Shown here: positions 51,231 to 64,000 of the stretch, piece by piece
Layout of the letters: every line of letters starts with the position of its first letter
Numbering within the stretch: position 1 is the first letter of the stretch
Assembly (NCBI RefSeq): GCF_009914755.1
Contig: NC_060932.1
DNA: 64,000 nt
Direction: 5' to 3' (one strand)
DNA from: the human T2T-CHM13v2.0 reference genome, Homo sapiens
Translations under genes and position numbers: made by a program
The notes under the pieces: model-generated
What the model was told of the DNA's origin: nothing
Database searches by the model: none
Seen by the model: the letters and a program-made list of their open reading frames with translations, nothing else

Positions 51231-53668
51231 CTTGCCTTGCTTGGAAAGATGAGAGAAAGTCTCCTTGCCTTGTTTGGACAGATGAGAGATGAGATCCTCC
51301 TCTTCTCTCCCAGGACAGAATGGTGAGACTTGAGTTTCCTTTCTCCTCACTCTTCTCCTCCTTGAGGGAGCTGCTGTGCCGGACAGACCTGCCCCCGTGT
51401 CTAGACACTGGTAGACTCGTTTAAGTTCCTCACAGGCAATCCTCCATGGGGTCAAAGTGGAAGGACTTATTTCTTCAGGGCTCAGTAGTCCACATCCTGG
51501 CGCGCACCTTCACCAGCCCAGGGCGGGGTAGAGGAGGGTGAAAGGGCGTGGCTCAGAGCCCGCTTCTTCCGCTCGGGCGTATCCTGGGAGGAACCCTTGT
51601 CCGGTGAGCATGTCTTCGTCTCTACCAAATTCCCTAGTGGGACATTTCTGGCAGCCCTACTTGTTCAGCAGCTTACGGGGGTCAGGTGGACCTCTGCTAG
51701 TCACCAGCCTGAAGCCCTTTCTCCATTTCAGCTATTTTGGCAGTTGCCTAGGTGACTTTTGAACCTCATTATCCAGAACAGCAAACGGACGAGGGGTGAG
51801 AAGAGTGGCCGCCTGGGTTTGCAGCATAGTGCTGCCTTCTAGGAGTTGTGCAGTCTTCGATTGTGTGAAACTTCACCTGGCTGATTTGTGGCAATGCCTC
51901 CACAAATTCGCTAAATTCAGTAGCTTTTGCCTTCCAAGATTCATTTACACAATGTTGAGTGCTTTAAATGAATGAGCATGAAGAGTGCTGGGCTGGAAAG
52001 TGATGAGATGGGTGGTAGGGACTCCTCGGAGTAGAGGAGTAGAGTTTTACTATTATGACTAGGAGGCAAATAAAAAGAAGCTGAACGTGATCCATAATAA
52101 AAGAAGCACACACTCACAGAGCTCCATACCAACTACATTAAAATGGAAATCATGATATTTGGAAATACAACTTAATTGGAAATCATTAAGTAATCTCATC
52201 AACCTTTTTACAGTGGGTGGCAGGGCTATGGAGGGAAAACAGCAATGGTTCTGGCACCTACTTAACTTGATTCCATTAAATTCACCCAACAGGCCTCCAG
52301 AGAACATATTACTGCTTTGATATTACAAAGGGAAAAACAGCTATGGCGTCTCTGAAAAGCACAACGTGCTAGGACTGGAATGACTTTAAAACCACACATA
52401 AATTTCTGAGAGATTTTTGCCATAAGGTACCATCCACCTTACTGTAAACCACATCCTAAAATTGTCTGCAGTGCAAATGGATTATGTGCATCCAACAGGA
52501 AACAGCATAGGTTGAGAAGCTGTTACTTAATAGCTTCATTGTCACCACGAGTGTAAAGTGTGGGGTCTCATCACTTTTGCACCCACGTTTTGCCTGTTGG
52601 TTTCTCCACACTGTCAGGAGCATTTGACCAACTCACTGTGGCTCAGGGTCCCTTACGCAGCCTGTTGGGGAAACCAGTGGGTATTGAAGACCTGCCTCTG
52701 GTGTGCCAGGAGGTTGTGCCTGCCGGCCACTCTGACTTGTGATCTTCCGCCTCAGTGTATGGCTTCCTACACCTGGGTAATTAACATTGCCAGCATGATA
52801 AGGAGGTCCTTTCATCACTATTGCCACTAGTCCTTCCGACTCCTGTGCCCTGTTTCTCCTTTATTGGAACCCAAGAACGAGTAAACATAGCATTTTCAAA
52901 CATCCCGCCCCCTTCCCTGGTAACACCAATATTCCACCATCCCAATTCCCTCACAAGCATTCAGTCTCTCCACCCTGAGGTGGTGAAATCCCTGCAGGCA
53001 TTTATAAGTATACCTGGACAGAAGAAATACAAGATACCGTTCTATTAACTCAATATAGTGTTGCTAAGTTCGTACTTGTGCTTGGTTTATTTTATTTTAT
53101 AAATACGTATCACTCGCATGGTTCCAAATGCGGTAGGCACAGAGAGTATATATGATGGAATTACATCCTCCTTCCCTGCACTCACCAACCGAGATCATCC
53201 CGCTACGGGCACTCAAAGGTTTCATTGTCTGAAATATCAGCCTAAACGTAGTTTATGTTTAGGAAGCAACAACCGTAAATAGGCCCACATCCAAATGGAG
53301 TGGATTTAGGTTTCACTTTTTCAAGGAAAAACCATCAAAGAATTTTTCCACATACTTATAAACCATCCCACGTATAGAATCCATTTTTACTGACACAAAT
53401 TTAGTACCAATAAACGACTCTTCTTCTCAATTTGTTTTATTTAACAATAAGTCTTGAACGTCATTCCCAGTTAACATTTTGAAGAGTTTCCTCTCTTTCG
53501 TTCTGTTTTAGCTGCAAAGTATTCTTCCGTAAGGATGAACGTACTATAATTTATTAGCCAGCCACTTAGTGATGTACAATTAAGCAGTTTTAAATCTTTG
53601 ACTCTTGAAAATATTGTTTCTCACACATAAATATTTCTATAAAATAAATTAGTTGAATTAGAATTGTT

Positions 53669-53881
53669 GGAGTTCAAGACCAGCCTGGCCAACATGGTGA
53701 AACCCCATCTCTACTAGAAACACAAAATTAGCCGGACATGCCGGTGCATGCCTCTAATCTCAGGTGAGGCAGGAGAATCACTTCAACCTGGGAGGCAGAG
53801 GTTGTAGTGACTCGAAATCACGCCACTGCACTCCAGCCTGGGCGACGCGAGCGAAACTCTGTCTCAAAAAACCAAAAAAAA
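53669..53881 (+). mobile_element. 5'-truncated Alu (AluS-like)
   Basis: Copy of 4910..5122. Confidence 0.92.
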
Positions 53882-53883
53882 TT

Positions 53884-54734
53884 AAACATAAAAAGAAAAG
53901 CGGTACATATACCCAATAGAACACAATTCAGCCTTAAAAAAGAAAGAAATCATCTCATTGGCAACACGAATGAGCCTAGAGGATGGTACACTGAGTGAAA
54001 GAAAGCAAAGGCCAGGCACGGTGGCTCATGCCTGTAATCCCAGTACTTTGGGAGGCCAAGGCAGGTGGAAGCGTTGAGCCCAGGAGTTGGAGATGAACCT
54101 GGGCAACATGGTGAAACCCCATCTCTAAAAGAAACACAAAAATTAGCCAAGTGTGGCGTTGGAAGCCTGTAGTCCTAGCTATTCAGGAGGCTGAAGCGGG
54201 AGGAACTCTCGACCCCGGGAGGTGGAGGCCGTGGTGAGTGAGCCGTGTTTGTGTCACTGTACTCCAGCCTGGGTGACAGACTGAGACCCTGTCTCAAAAA
54301 ATAAATAATTACATAATAAAGATTTAAAAAGCAAGCACAAAAAGACAAATACTGCATGATCTCACTTATATGTGCAATCTCAAACAATGCAACTCATAGC
54401 TGTAGAGAGCAGAACGGTGGTTACCCGAGGCAGGGGTCAGGGAGGGACTGGAGAGATGATAGTCTCATGATACAAAATTTCAGAGAGGAATGGTTCTAGA
54501 GATCTATTGAACAGCCTGGCATCTACAGTGTATAAGTATGTATTGTATACTTGAAAATTGCTATAAGAGTAGATTTTAGACATGTCCTCATCACATTAAA
54601 ATCAGTATGTGAGGAAACGAGTGTGTTAATTAGCTTGATTTTGTCATTCCACAATGTATACACGTATGAAACATCATGTTGTATGCCATAAATATATATA
54701 ATTTTTATTTGTCAAGTTAAAATTAAAATTCATA
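53884..54734 (+). mobile_element. L1MA-type 3' fragment
   Basis: Copy of 5125..5975. Confidence 0.8.
54010..54320 (+). mobile_element. Alu (AluJ-like)
   Basis: Copy of 5251..5561. Confidence 0.93.
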
Positions 54735-55728
54735 TAAATTATAAAAATAAAATGAAACAACATACACTACAAAAGACTTTTATTTATTAAATCCCCACAG
54801 AAGGGGTCAGAGTGATAAAGGAAAATAAAATTCCGGGAACGGTAAAATCAATCAGAAATGCCCTACTTCAGTGCTTTCGAAATTTGTCTGACAGAGTGGA
54901 AATCCAGTTTTTCACTAAGTCACTGTTCTGGAACAGTTTGTGTGTGTGTATGTATGTGTGTGAGGGCTCACATACACAAATTGAACTAATGGAAGTGTAA
55001 GCATTCAAATTATCAGTTTAATTTAGTTCTATACATATACACACACACACACTCACACACCGAAAACATTGATAAAATCAGCCATTCCAGCAAAACTAGC
55101 TACTTAGTGTCTATCTCTCCTTGAAGATTCAAACTAGAAATGAGGATTTAGAGAGGCATGATGGTTCGTTCTCTCTTGGAGCCCAGTTCGAAGTTGACTG
55201 ACTGATTCAGTCATTGTAATTGGTTGGTCTTGGGGAAGAATCCACTTTGACTCTTGGGAAGTCAGCTAGGTCAGCGGACAGAGCAGGGGCTCTGGAGCCA
55301 GACTGCCTGCACCCGACTTCTAGCTATGATACCTTGGAAAAACTACTTATCACCTGGACTTCAGGTTCCTCATCTGTAAAATGGGGATAAGAATGCTATC
55401 TCTCTCACAACTGTTAGGAGGACTGACTGGGTTAATACGTGCAAAGTACCAAGTACATAAGAAACCAACAGCCAGTGCTCATTACAATCATTATTATTTT
55501 GGGCAAGTTAAGCCGCATGGTTTCTTTAGGTATAAAATTAGGCTTTATTTACCTACCTGTTGGGTTGTTCCAAGGATTAATCACATAGTGTTCATGAATT
55601 CCCTTTATAAACTATTATAGAAAAGAAATATAGTTAACATTAATTGAACACCTACTATGTGCGATCGTTTTAAGGCTTGCCATGTGCTGCTTCATTCAGT
55701 CCGCACCATGACATTAGGATCACACTTT

Positions 55729-58700
55729 CGTTTTCCATTTTTTTTTAAATTATACTTTAATTACTAGGGCACATGTGCACAACGTGCAGGTTTATTACGT
55801 ATGTAAGCACGTGCCATGTTGGTGTGCTGCACCCATTCACTAGTCATTTACATTAGGTATATCTCTTAATGTTATCCCTCCCCCTCCCCCCGCCCATGAC
55901 AGGCCCCGGTGTGTGATGTTCCCCTTTCTGCGTCCAAGTGTTCTCCTAGTTCAATTCCCACCTATGAGTGGGATCACGCGGTGTTTGGTTTTTTTGTCTT
56001 TGCGATAGTTTGCTAAGAATGATGGTTTCCAGCTTCATCCGTGTCCCTCCGAAGGGCATGAACACATGCTTTTTTATGGCTGCATAGTATTCCACGGTGT
56101 ATTTGTGCCACGTTTCCTTAATCCAGTCTATCATTGATGGACATCTGGGCTGGTTCCAAGTCTTTGCTACTGTGAACGGTGCCGCAATAAACATGCGTCT
56201 GCGTGTGTCCTTTTAGCAGCATGATTTATAGTCCTATGGGTGTATACCCAGTAATGGGACGGCTGGGTCAAATGGTATTTCTAATTCTAGATCCTTGAGG
56301 ATTCGCCACACTATCTTCCACAACCGCTGAACTGGTTTACAGTCCCACCAGCAGTGTAAAAGTGTTCCTATTTCTCCACTACCTCTCCAGCACCTGTTGT
56401 TTCCTGACTTTTTTATTGATCGCTATTCTAACTGGTGTGAGACGATATCTCTTTGCGGATTTGATTTGCATTTCTCTGATGACCAGTGTTGATGGGCATT
56501 TTTTCATGTGTCTGTTGGCTGCATAAATGTCTTCTTTTTAGAAGTGTCTCTTCATATCCTTCCCGCACTTGTTGATGGGGTTGTTTGGTTTTTCTTGTAA
56601 CTCTGTTTGAGTTCTTAGTAGATTCTGGATATTAGCCCTTTGTCAGATGAGTAGATTGCAAAAATTTTCTCCCTTTCTGTAGCATGCCTGTTCACTCTGA
56701 TGGGAGTTTCTTTAGCTGTGCAGAAACTCTTTAGTGTAATTAGATGCCGTTTGTCAATATTGGCTTTTGTTGCCTTTGCTTTTGGCGTTTTAGACATGAG
56801 GTCCTTGCCCATGCCTGTGTCCTGAATGGTATTGCCTAGGTTTTCTCCTAGGGTTTGTATGGCTTAAGATGTAACATTTAAGTCTGTCATCCGTCTTGAA
56901 TAAACTTTTGCATAAGGTGTAAGGAAGGGATCCAATTTCACCTTCGGACATATGGCTAGCCAGTTTTCCCAGCACCATTTATTAAATAGGGAATCCTTTC
57001 CCCATTTCTTGTTTTTGTCAGGTTTGTCAAAGATCCGACGGTTGTAGATGTGTCGTATTATTTCTGAGGGCTCTATTCTGTTCCATTGGTCTACAGTAAC
57101 CAAAAAGGCAACCAACAGCATGCTGTTTGGTTACTGTAGGCTTGTAGTGTAGTTTGAAGTCGGGTAGCTTGATGCCTCCACCTTTGTTCTTTTGGCTTAG
57201 GATTATCTTGGCAGTGGGGGCCCTTTTGTGGTTCCATGTAAACTTTCAAGTAGTTTTTTCCAATTCTGTGAAGAAAGTCCTTGGTAGCTTGATGGGGATG
57301 GCATTGGATCTATAATATACCTTGGGCAGTATGGCCATTTTCACGATACTGATTCTTCCTAACCGTGAGCATGGAATATTCTTCCATTGGTTTGTGTCCT
57401 CTTTTATTTCGTGGAGCAGTGGTTTGTAGTTCTCCTTGAAGAGGTCCTTCGCACATCGCATCCCTTGTTAGTTGGATTCCTCAGTATTTTATTCTCTTTG
57501 AAGCAATTGTGAATGGGAGCTCAGTCATGATTTGGCTCTCTGTTTGCCTGTTATTGGTGTATGAGAATGCTTGTGTTTTTTGCACATCGATTTTGTATCC
57601 TGAGACTTTGCTGAAGTTGCTTATCAGCTTAAGGAGATTTTGGGCTGAGACGCTGGGGTTTTCTAAATATTCAATCATGTCATCTACAAACAGGGACAAT
57701 TTGACTTCCTCTTTTCCTAATTGATTACTCTTTATTTCTTTCTCCTGCCTGATTGCCCTGGCCAGAAGTTCCAACACCATGTTGAATAGGAGTGGTGAGA
57801 GAGGGCACCCCTGTCTTGTGGCAGTTTGCAAAGGGAATGCTTCCACTTTTTGCCCATTCAGTATGATATTGGCTGTGGGTTTGCCCTAAATAGCCCTTAT
57901 TATTTTGAGGTATGTCCCATCAGTACCTAATTTATTGAGAGTTTTTGGCATGAAAGGCTGCTGAATTTTGTCAAAGGCCTTTTCTGCATCTGTTGAGATA
58001 ATCACGCGGTTTCTGTCTTTGGTTCCGATTATATGCTGGATTATGTTTATTGATTTGCATATGTTGGACCAGCCTTGCATGTCAGGGATGAAGCCCACTT
58101 GATCATAATGGATAAGCTCTTTGATGTGCTGCTGGATTCGGTTTGCCAGCATTTTATGGAGGATTTTTCCATCGGTGTTCCTCAGGGATATGGGCCGAAA
58201 ATTCTCTTTGTTGGTTGTGTCTCTCTCAGCCTTTGGGATCAGGATGATGCTGGCCTCATAAAATGAGATAGGGAGGATTCCCTCTTTTTCTGTTGATTGG
58301 AATAGTTTCCGAAGGAATGGTACCAGCTCCTCCTTGTACTTCTGGTAGAATTCGGCTGTGAATCCGTCTGGTCCCGGAGTTTTATTGCTTGATAGGCTAT
58401 TAATTATTGCCTCAATTTCAGAGCCTGTTATTGGTCTATTCAGGCATTCAACTTCTTCCTGGTTTACTCTGGGGAGGTTGCATGTGTCCAGGAATTTATT
58501 CATTTCTTCTAGATTTCCGAGTTTGTTTGCCTAGAGGTGTTGACAGTATTCTCTCATGGTAGTTTGTACTTCTGTGGGATCAGTGGTGATATCCCCTTTA
58601 TCATTTTTTATTGCATCTGCTTGATTCTTCTTCCTTTCATTCTTTAATAGTCTTGCTAGTGGTCTATCAATTTTGTTGATGGTTTCAAAAAACCCGCTCC

Positions 58701-59400
58701 TGGATTCATTGATTTTTTGAAGGGTTTTTTGGGTCTCTATCTCCTTCAGTTCTGCTCGGATCTTAGTTATTTCTTGCCTTCTGCTAGCTTTTGAATGTGT
58801 TTGCTCTTGCTTCTCTCATCCTTTTAATGGTGATGTTAGGGTATGCATTTTTGATCTTTCCTGCTTTCCCTTGTGGGCATTTAGTGCTATAAATTTCCCT
58901 CTACACACTGCTTTAAATGTGTCCCAGAGATTCTGGTATGTTGTGTCTTTGTTCTCATTGCTTTCAGAGAATATCTTTATTTCTGCCTTCATTTCGTTAT
59001 GTACCCAGTACTCATTCAGGAGCAGCTTGTCCGGTTTCCATGCAGTTGTGCGGTTTTGAGTGAGTTTCTCAATCCTGAGGTCTAGTGTGATTGCAATGTG
59101 GTCTGAGAGACCGTTTGTAATAATTTCTGTAATTTTACTTTTACTGAGGAGTGCTTTACTTCCAACTATGTGGTCAATGTGGAAATAAGTGTGATGTGGT
59201 GCTGAGAAGAATGTATATTCTGTTGATTTGGGGTGGAGCGTTCTGTACATGTCTCCTAGGTCCGCTTGGTGCAGAGCTGAGCTCAATTCCCGGATATCCT
59301 TTTTTAACTTTCTGTCTCGTTGGTGTGTCTAATGTTGACAGTGGGGTGTTAAGTTTGCCATTATTATTATTATTACTATGTGGGAGTCTAAGTCTCTTTT
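55729..59400 (-). mobile_element. 5'-truncated L1PA
   Basis: Copy of 6971..10644 with the same TSD. Confidence 0.97.
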
Positions 59401-59964
59401 GATCACACTTTAAAGACCAAAAGGTAGAAGCGCAAAGACGTTATCTGTCCAATATTACAAACCTAGTAAGTGGTGGAATTTGGCCTTGAACCCAGATCTG
59501 TAACTCCAGAGCCGAAGTGCTTCACCCACCTCCCTGTGGTGCCTCTACAGAAAAAGAGGTAAGCAGGCATTCCGAAAGCTGGTGGGCCGGGGGGCTGGCC
59601 TTGTACTCAGAAGCCATGGAAGTCCCACGTGGGGTGGCTAGTGGTGTAAGGACAGAGGTCTCGGATGGGCAGAGGGATGTGGACAGGCGCGAGGGCGCGC
59701 GGCAGGGACTCGGGGGACTGGGAGTGGCGGCTCGGGGCTGCGGGAGGCGATTGGTGGAAGGACAGAGGTCTGGGAGGGGCAGAGGGATGTGGACAGGCCC
59801 GAGGGGCCGCGGCAGGGATTCCGGGGGACCGGGAGTGGGGGGTTGGGGTTACTCTTGGCTTTTTGCCCTCTCCTGCCGCCGGCTGCTCCAGTTTCTTTCG
59901 CTTTGCGGCGAGGTGGGCAGGGTGAGCTCTCGGGACTGATGGCGGTTTTGGAAGAGGCCTGGGG

Positions 59965-61992
59965 CTAAGGACAGGCCAGGGCGGCGGGAGAGGCGGACCG
60001 GTGGCGTGGCTGGATCTGGGCGCGCTGTCGGACCTTCCACATCACCAGCTGCAGGCAGGCGTTTGCGTCCTCGCTGGAGTTGTGGCCGTCCTGGCTGTCC
60101 TGGATGATCTGTGCCAGGTAGTCGGCCGCGAGATTCCTGAGGGAGCGCTTGTAGGGGAAACCCAGGTAGTGCGGGAAGAGCACGGCCGTGTCCACCACGG
60201 TGCTGTGGATGAGCTTCAGGGCCAGCAGGTCGCTCTCCAGGCTGTGCCCGATGAGGATGGTTTGGGCGCTGAAAAAGCTCAGCAGGATGGCTTGGACTTG
60301 GGGCAACGTGATGCTCGTCTTGGCGACGTCGGCCTCGGTGACTCCGGAAAACCTGGTGTTGTAGTCCACGATCTCGTTGTCGGGCTTGACGAAGGTGTCG
60401 TACACCACTCGCATGTCGGCGTCCACCACGGTGACGCGGGTCAGCTCTAGGCCATGCGTGGTGTAGCACATCTCACAGTCCAAGGCGTAGATTCCTGGAT
60501 AAGCGTCTCTGGACAACTCTTTCTTGAAGGTCTCCACGAAGCCATCGAGGCTCTCCTTGCGGCCGTCCCGCACGTGCTGCTTTGCCACCTGGCAGCCCAC
60601 AGAGCCAGGAGCAGCTGCACAGCAGGTGTACTGGCTAACCCGGCCTCCAGCCACCTGGCTCGAGCGGACCCGCCCCCAGTGATAATAACACAACTGGTCG
60701 CGTACACAGCGGCCCGAGGAGGACACCAGGTACTCGGTGCCACAACGGCAGCAGACCCTGCAGGAGGAGTCGCCGGGCCCCTTCCCCTGGCCAGTGAAGA
60801 GGACGGCGCCTCCGGGCCGCTCGGGGTGCGGGAAGGGGTAGCCGTTCTCCTTGAGCTGGTCCTGGGTGAGCAGGAACTCCTGGAGGCGGCTGTACAGGGC
60901 GGCCCTGCTGAGGCCGGGCATGGAGCTGGGGGTCAGGCCCTTCAGTCTCTTGAGGGTGTTCAGGACCACGTTCAGGTACCTGTTCTTGTTGGGGCTGCAG
61001 TCGTAGGCCACCTTCTCCTCGTTCAGCGCCTTCTCCTCGGCCTCCTGCTTGGAGGCGCAGAACTTGAGACACTCTTCGGTGAACAGTTGGAGATAGCCTC
61101 GGCGGAGGACGGTGGGGACTTGGCACCCAGAGCTTCGGAGGATAATGGGTTTCTTCAAACTCAAACTCGGTAAGGATGCACGACGGACGATTCGCTTAGA
61201 GCTGGTGGTGGCGGTGGTCTTGCATGCCATCCCTGACCTGTTGCGCGTCTTCCCTGGCTGTCTGCCGACCTTGGAGCCACGGGAGCGTTGGCTGCTGCTG
61301 GCCACCCGGGTTCTCTTGGCATCTGTGTAACCTGTGACCAAGCAAGGGCTGGAAGAGTGGGCGATCGTCTTCCTCTTCCTGGGGGCTGAGATGCGGACTC
61401 CCGAGGGCCTCTCTGTCAGCCTTGGGGCGGCTGGCAAGCGGCAGGCCGATCCCCTCTGCGCAGGGAAGTAGCACGACTCCGTCACCATCTTGGGCCACGC
61501 TGGGGGCACCGCCGGACCCCTGTTCTGGGGCTCCGCCTGGATGTCCACAAATGCTGAGGCCTGCTTGTGCATCTGGGGCACCCAGAGCCCGAAGCTCTGG
61601 GCAGGCTGATGAGAGGGCAGTGGGAATTCTGGAGCCTCGAGGGCCGCCTCCTCGGCCACCTTCTTAGCTTCTGGGTATCCAGGTGGGAACCAGCAGGGAG
61701 CTGTGGCTCGCAACATCTTGCTGCCTTCGGGAGCACCGGCCGGGCTCTGCTCCGCTCCCAAATGGCGGCTTGCCTCCGGGGCCGCCTCCTTGGCCACCTT
61801 CTTAGCTTCTGGGTATCCAGGGCGGAACCAGCAGGGAGCTGTGGCTCGCAACATCTTGCTGCCTTCGGGAGCACCGGCCTGGCTCTGCTCCCCTCCCAAA
61901 TGGCGGCTTGCCTCCAGGGCCGCCTCCTCGGCCACCTTCTTAGCTTCTGGGTATCCAGGGGGGAACCAGCAGGGAGCTGTGGCTCGCAACAT
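59965..61992 (-). CDS. REXO1L1: REXO1L/GOR exonuclease copy
   Basis: Intact 675-aa ORF, same protein as 11209..13236. Confidence 0.9.
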   Translation of the reverse strand: MLRATAPCWFPPGYPEAKKVAEEAALEASRHLGGEQSQAGAPEGSKMLRATAPCWFRPGYPEAKKVAKEAAPEASRHLGAEQSPAGAPEGSKMLRATAPCWFPPGYPEAKKVAEEAALEAPEFPLPSHQPAQSFGLWVPQMHKQASAFVDIQAEPQNRGPAVPPAWPKMVTESCYFPAQRGSACRLPAAPRLTERPSGVRISAPRKRKTIAHSSSPCLVTGYTDAKRTRVASSSQRSRGSKVGRQPGKTRNRSGMACKTTATTSSKRIVRRASLPSLSLKKPIILRSSGCQVPTVLRRGYLQLFTEECLKFCASKQEAEEKALNEEKVAYDCSPNKNRYLNVVLNTLKRLKGLTPSSMPGLSRAALYSRLQEFLLTQDQLKENGYPFPHPERPGGAVLFTGQGKGPGDSSCRVCCRCGTEYLVSSSGRCVRDQLCYYHWGRVRSSQVAGGRVSQYTCCAAAPGSVGCQVAKQHVRDGRKESLDGFVETFKKELSRDAYPGIYALDCEMCYTTHGLELTRVTVVDADMRVVYDTFVKPDNEIVDYNTRFSGVTEADVAKTSITLPQVQAILLSFFSAQTILIGHSLESDLLALKLIHSTVVDTAVLFPHYLGFPYKRSLRNLAADYLAQIIQDSQDGHNSSEDANACLQLVMWKVRQRAQIQPRHRSASPAALACP

Positions 61993-62047
61993 CTTGCTGC
62001 CTTCGGGAGCACCGGCCTGGCTCTGCTCCTCTCCCAACTGGCGGCTT
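61634..62047 (-). repeat. 3 x 138-bp coding repeat
   Basis: Copy of 686..1099. Confidence 0.95.
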
Positions 62048-62048
62048 C

Positions 62049-62209
62049 AATGAGTGCTGCGGCCGCCACTTGTCGCCTTTATATAGGCACAGGGCAGACT
62101 GGGTGGGACTTCTCCTTGATAGGTTGGTGCTTCAGTCCAATCACACTGAGCCTCATCTTCCACCAGACTCCAGCTTGGGAATGCCTCGGGGGGTGCGCTA
62201 ATGGAATCA
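62049..62209 (-). promoter_or_regulatory. Predicted core promoter
   Basis: Copy of 1101..1261. Confidence 0.7.
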
Positions 62210-62530
62210 ACTGGAACTCCCGGTTGCTAAACTTGGAGCTAGGTTGCTTTTCCTGAGTTAAGTAACTGTCCCTGCAGGGCAGTCCTATAATGGCTACTGG
62301 AATTGGGCTACCTAGGATTAAATTAAGGTTCAGGGAGGTTGGTCAACTTGCTTGGGCCCACACAGCACCCCTTGGAGCCAGGACTGGGCCAGCAGTCTGC
62401 TGCATGCTGGAGGGCGGGATCCCTCTGGGGCTGCCTTTCCCTGCTCTGTGCACTCCGCCGCTGCGGGCAAATTGAGGACAGGAAGCGGACCGCACCCACT
62501 TCTCTCCCAGGACTTGGGCAATGTTCAACA

Positions 62531-63419
62531 CAGGTGGTCTTCCAAAGGTTCATAGAAAATGCACATGGTGAAGAAACTATGCATGGATTTCCACTGGTGT
62601 GCACTAAAATAAACTTGTCCTAACTTCTGATAACCTTTCTGAACTAGATCTAGTTTGAGGCACTAAGAAGGATGAGACATCCACTGAAAAGGACTCCCAT
62701 CAGAGCAACATGAATTCCACGAAAACTGCAGCAAGAGGAAACATCAAATTTATGGTGAAGCTTGGGTGGAAGATTGAAGAAATCATTGACGTTTTAAGAA
62801 AAGCTTGTAAGGACACTACCCCAAAGAAATGAACTCTTTACGAATGTATAGCTTGTTTCAAGAAGAGGTGAGAAGATGTGGAAGATGAATCCTGCAGTGG
62901 CTGTGAAAACCACTGTGCCCAGATCAGCTGCAGTTACGACGAGAGCTATCAGTGGAAATTTTAAACAGGAGGGATCACGATCCTGACTCATCCCTCTGAC
63001 AAATTGTAAGCGGCAGTTGGAACATGGCTTCACCAATATGATCGCCAAGGCAAAGCATCATGAAAGCGATGGCTACCAAGAGGTGGCAGTGGTCCAGTCA
63101 AAGGAAAAGGAGGCCAGTCAGGAGCCCACATCATGGCATCAGTGTTTTGGGACACTCAAGGCATTTTGCTTGTTGACTTTCTGAAAGGCCAAACATCTGC
63201 TTATTAGGAGAGTGTTCTGAGAAGCTTAGATAAAGCTTTGGTAGAAACATGCTGGGAAAGTCTCACTAGATCCTTGTTCACCACATCAATGCTCTGCTCA
63301 TTCCTCTCATCAAACAAGGGCAATTTTGTCAGTTTCAATGGGCAGTCCTTAGGAATTCACCTTACGGGCTGCTTTCATTCCTTCTAAATTCTTTTTGTTT
63401 CCTAATGATAAAAAGTCTC
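62531..63419 (+). mobile_element. Decayed Hsmar2 mariner
   Basis: Copy of 1583..2471. Confidence 0.88.
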
Positions 63420-64000
63420 CTTGCCTTGCTTGGAAAGATGAGAGAAAGTCTCCTTGCCTTGTTTGGACAGATGAGAGATGAGATCCTCCTCTTCTCTCCC
63501 AGGACAGAATGGTGAGACTTGAGTTTCCTTTCTCCTCATTCTTCTCCTCCTTGAGGGAGCTGCTGTGCCGGACAGACCTGCCCCCGTGTCTAGACACTGG
63601 TAGACTCGTTTAAGTTCCTCACAGGCAATCCTCCATGGGGTCAAAGTGGAAGGACTTATTTCTTCAGGGCTCAGTAGTCCACATCCTGGCGCGCACCTTC
63701 ACCAGCCCAGGGCGGGGTAGAGGAGGGTGAAAGGGCGTGGCTCAGAGCCCGCTTCTTCCGCTCGGGCGTATCCTGGGAGGAACCCTTGTCCGGTGAGCAT
63801 GTCTTCGTCTCTACCAAATTCCCTAGTGGGACATTTCTGGCAGCCCTACTTGTTCAGCAGCTTACGGGGGTCAGGTGGACCTCTGCTAGTCACCAGCCTG
63901 AAGCCCTTTCTCCATTTCAGCTATTTTGGCAGTTGCCTAGGTGACTTTTGAACCTCATTATCCAGAACAGCAAACGGACGAGGGGTGAGAAGAGTGGCCG

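Overview
This is primate (most likely human) genomic DNA made entirely of a head-to-tail macrosatellite. It holds about 5.25 copies of a ~12.19-kb unit (periods 12192, 12188, 12190, 12189 and 12189 bp) that are roughly 99% identical or more by eye. I recognise it as the REXO1L1/GOR array (human 8q21.2). Each unit carries an intronless minus-strand gene for a 675-aa REXO1-like DEDDh exonuclease with three N-terminal 46-aa repeats and a TATA/CCAAT promoter. Each unit also has a decayed Hsmar2 mariner, two Alus, old L1M and MIR fragments, and a 3.67-kb 5'-truncated L1PA with an intact target-site duplication. Main observations: (1) all catalytic residues are intact, and the CDS is much more homogeneous than its flanks; (2) each unit has two exact DUX4-type TAATGGAATCA sites upstream, suggesting an embryonic-activation gene array; (3) a 108-codon open frame containing a GOR-like epitope lies behind the TAG stop; (4) units 1 and 6 share diagnostic variants, which could indicate a 5-unit higher-order repeat; (5) the embedded L1 has gained CpGs; (6) the L1 contains a template-switch hairpin. 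All comparisons were made by eye, without alignment tools.
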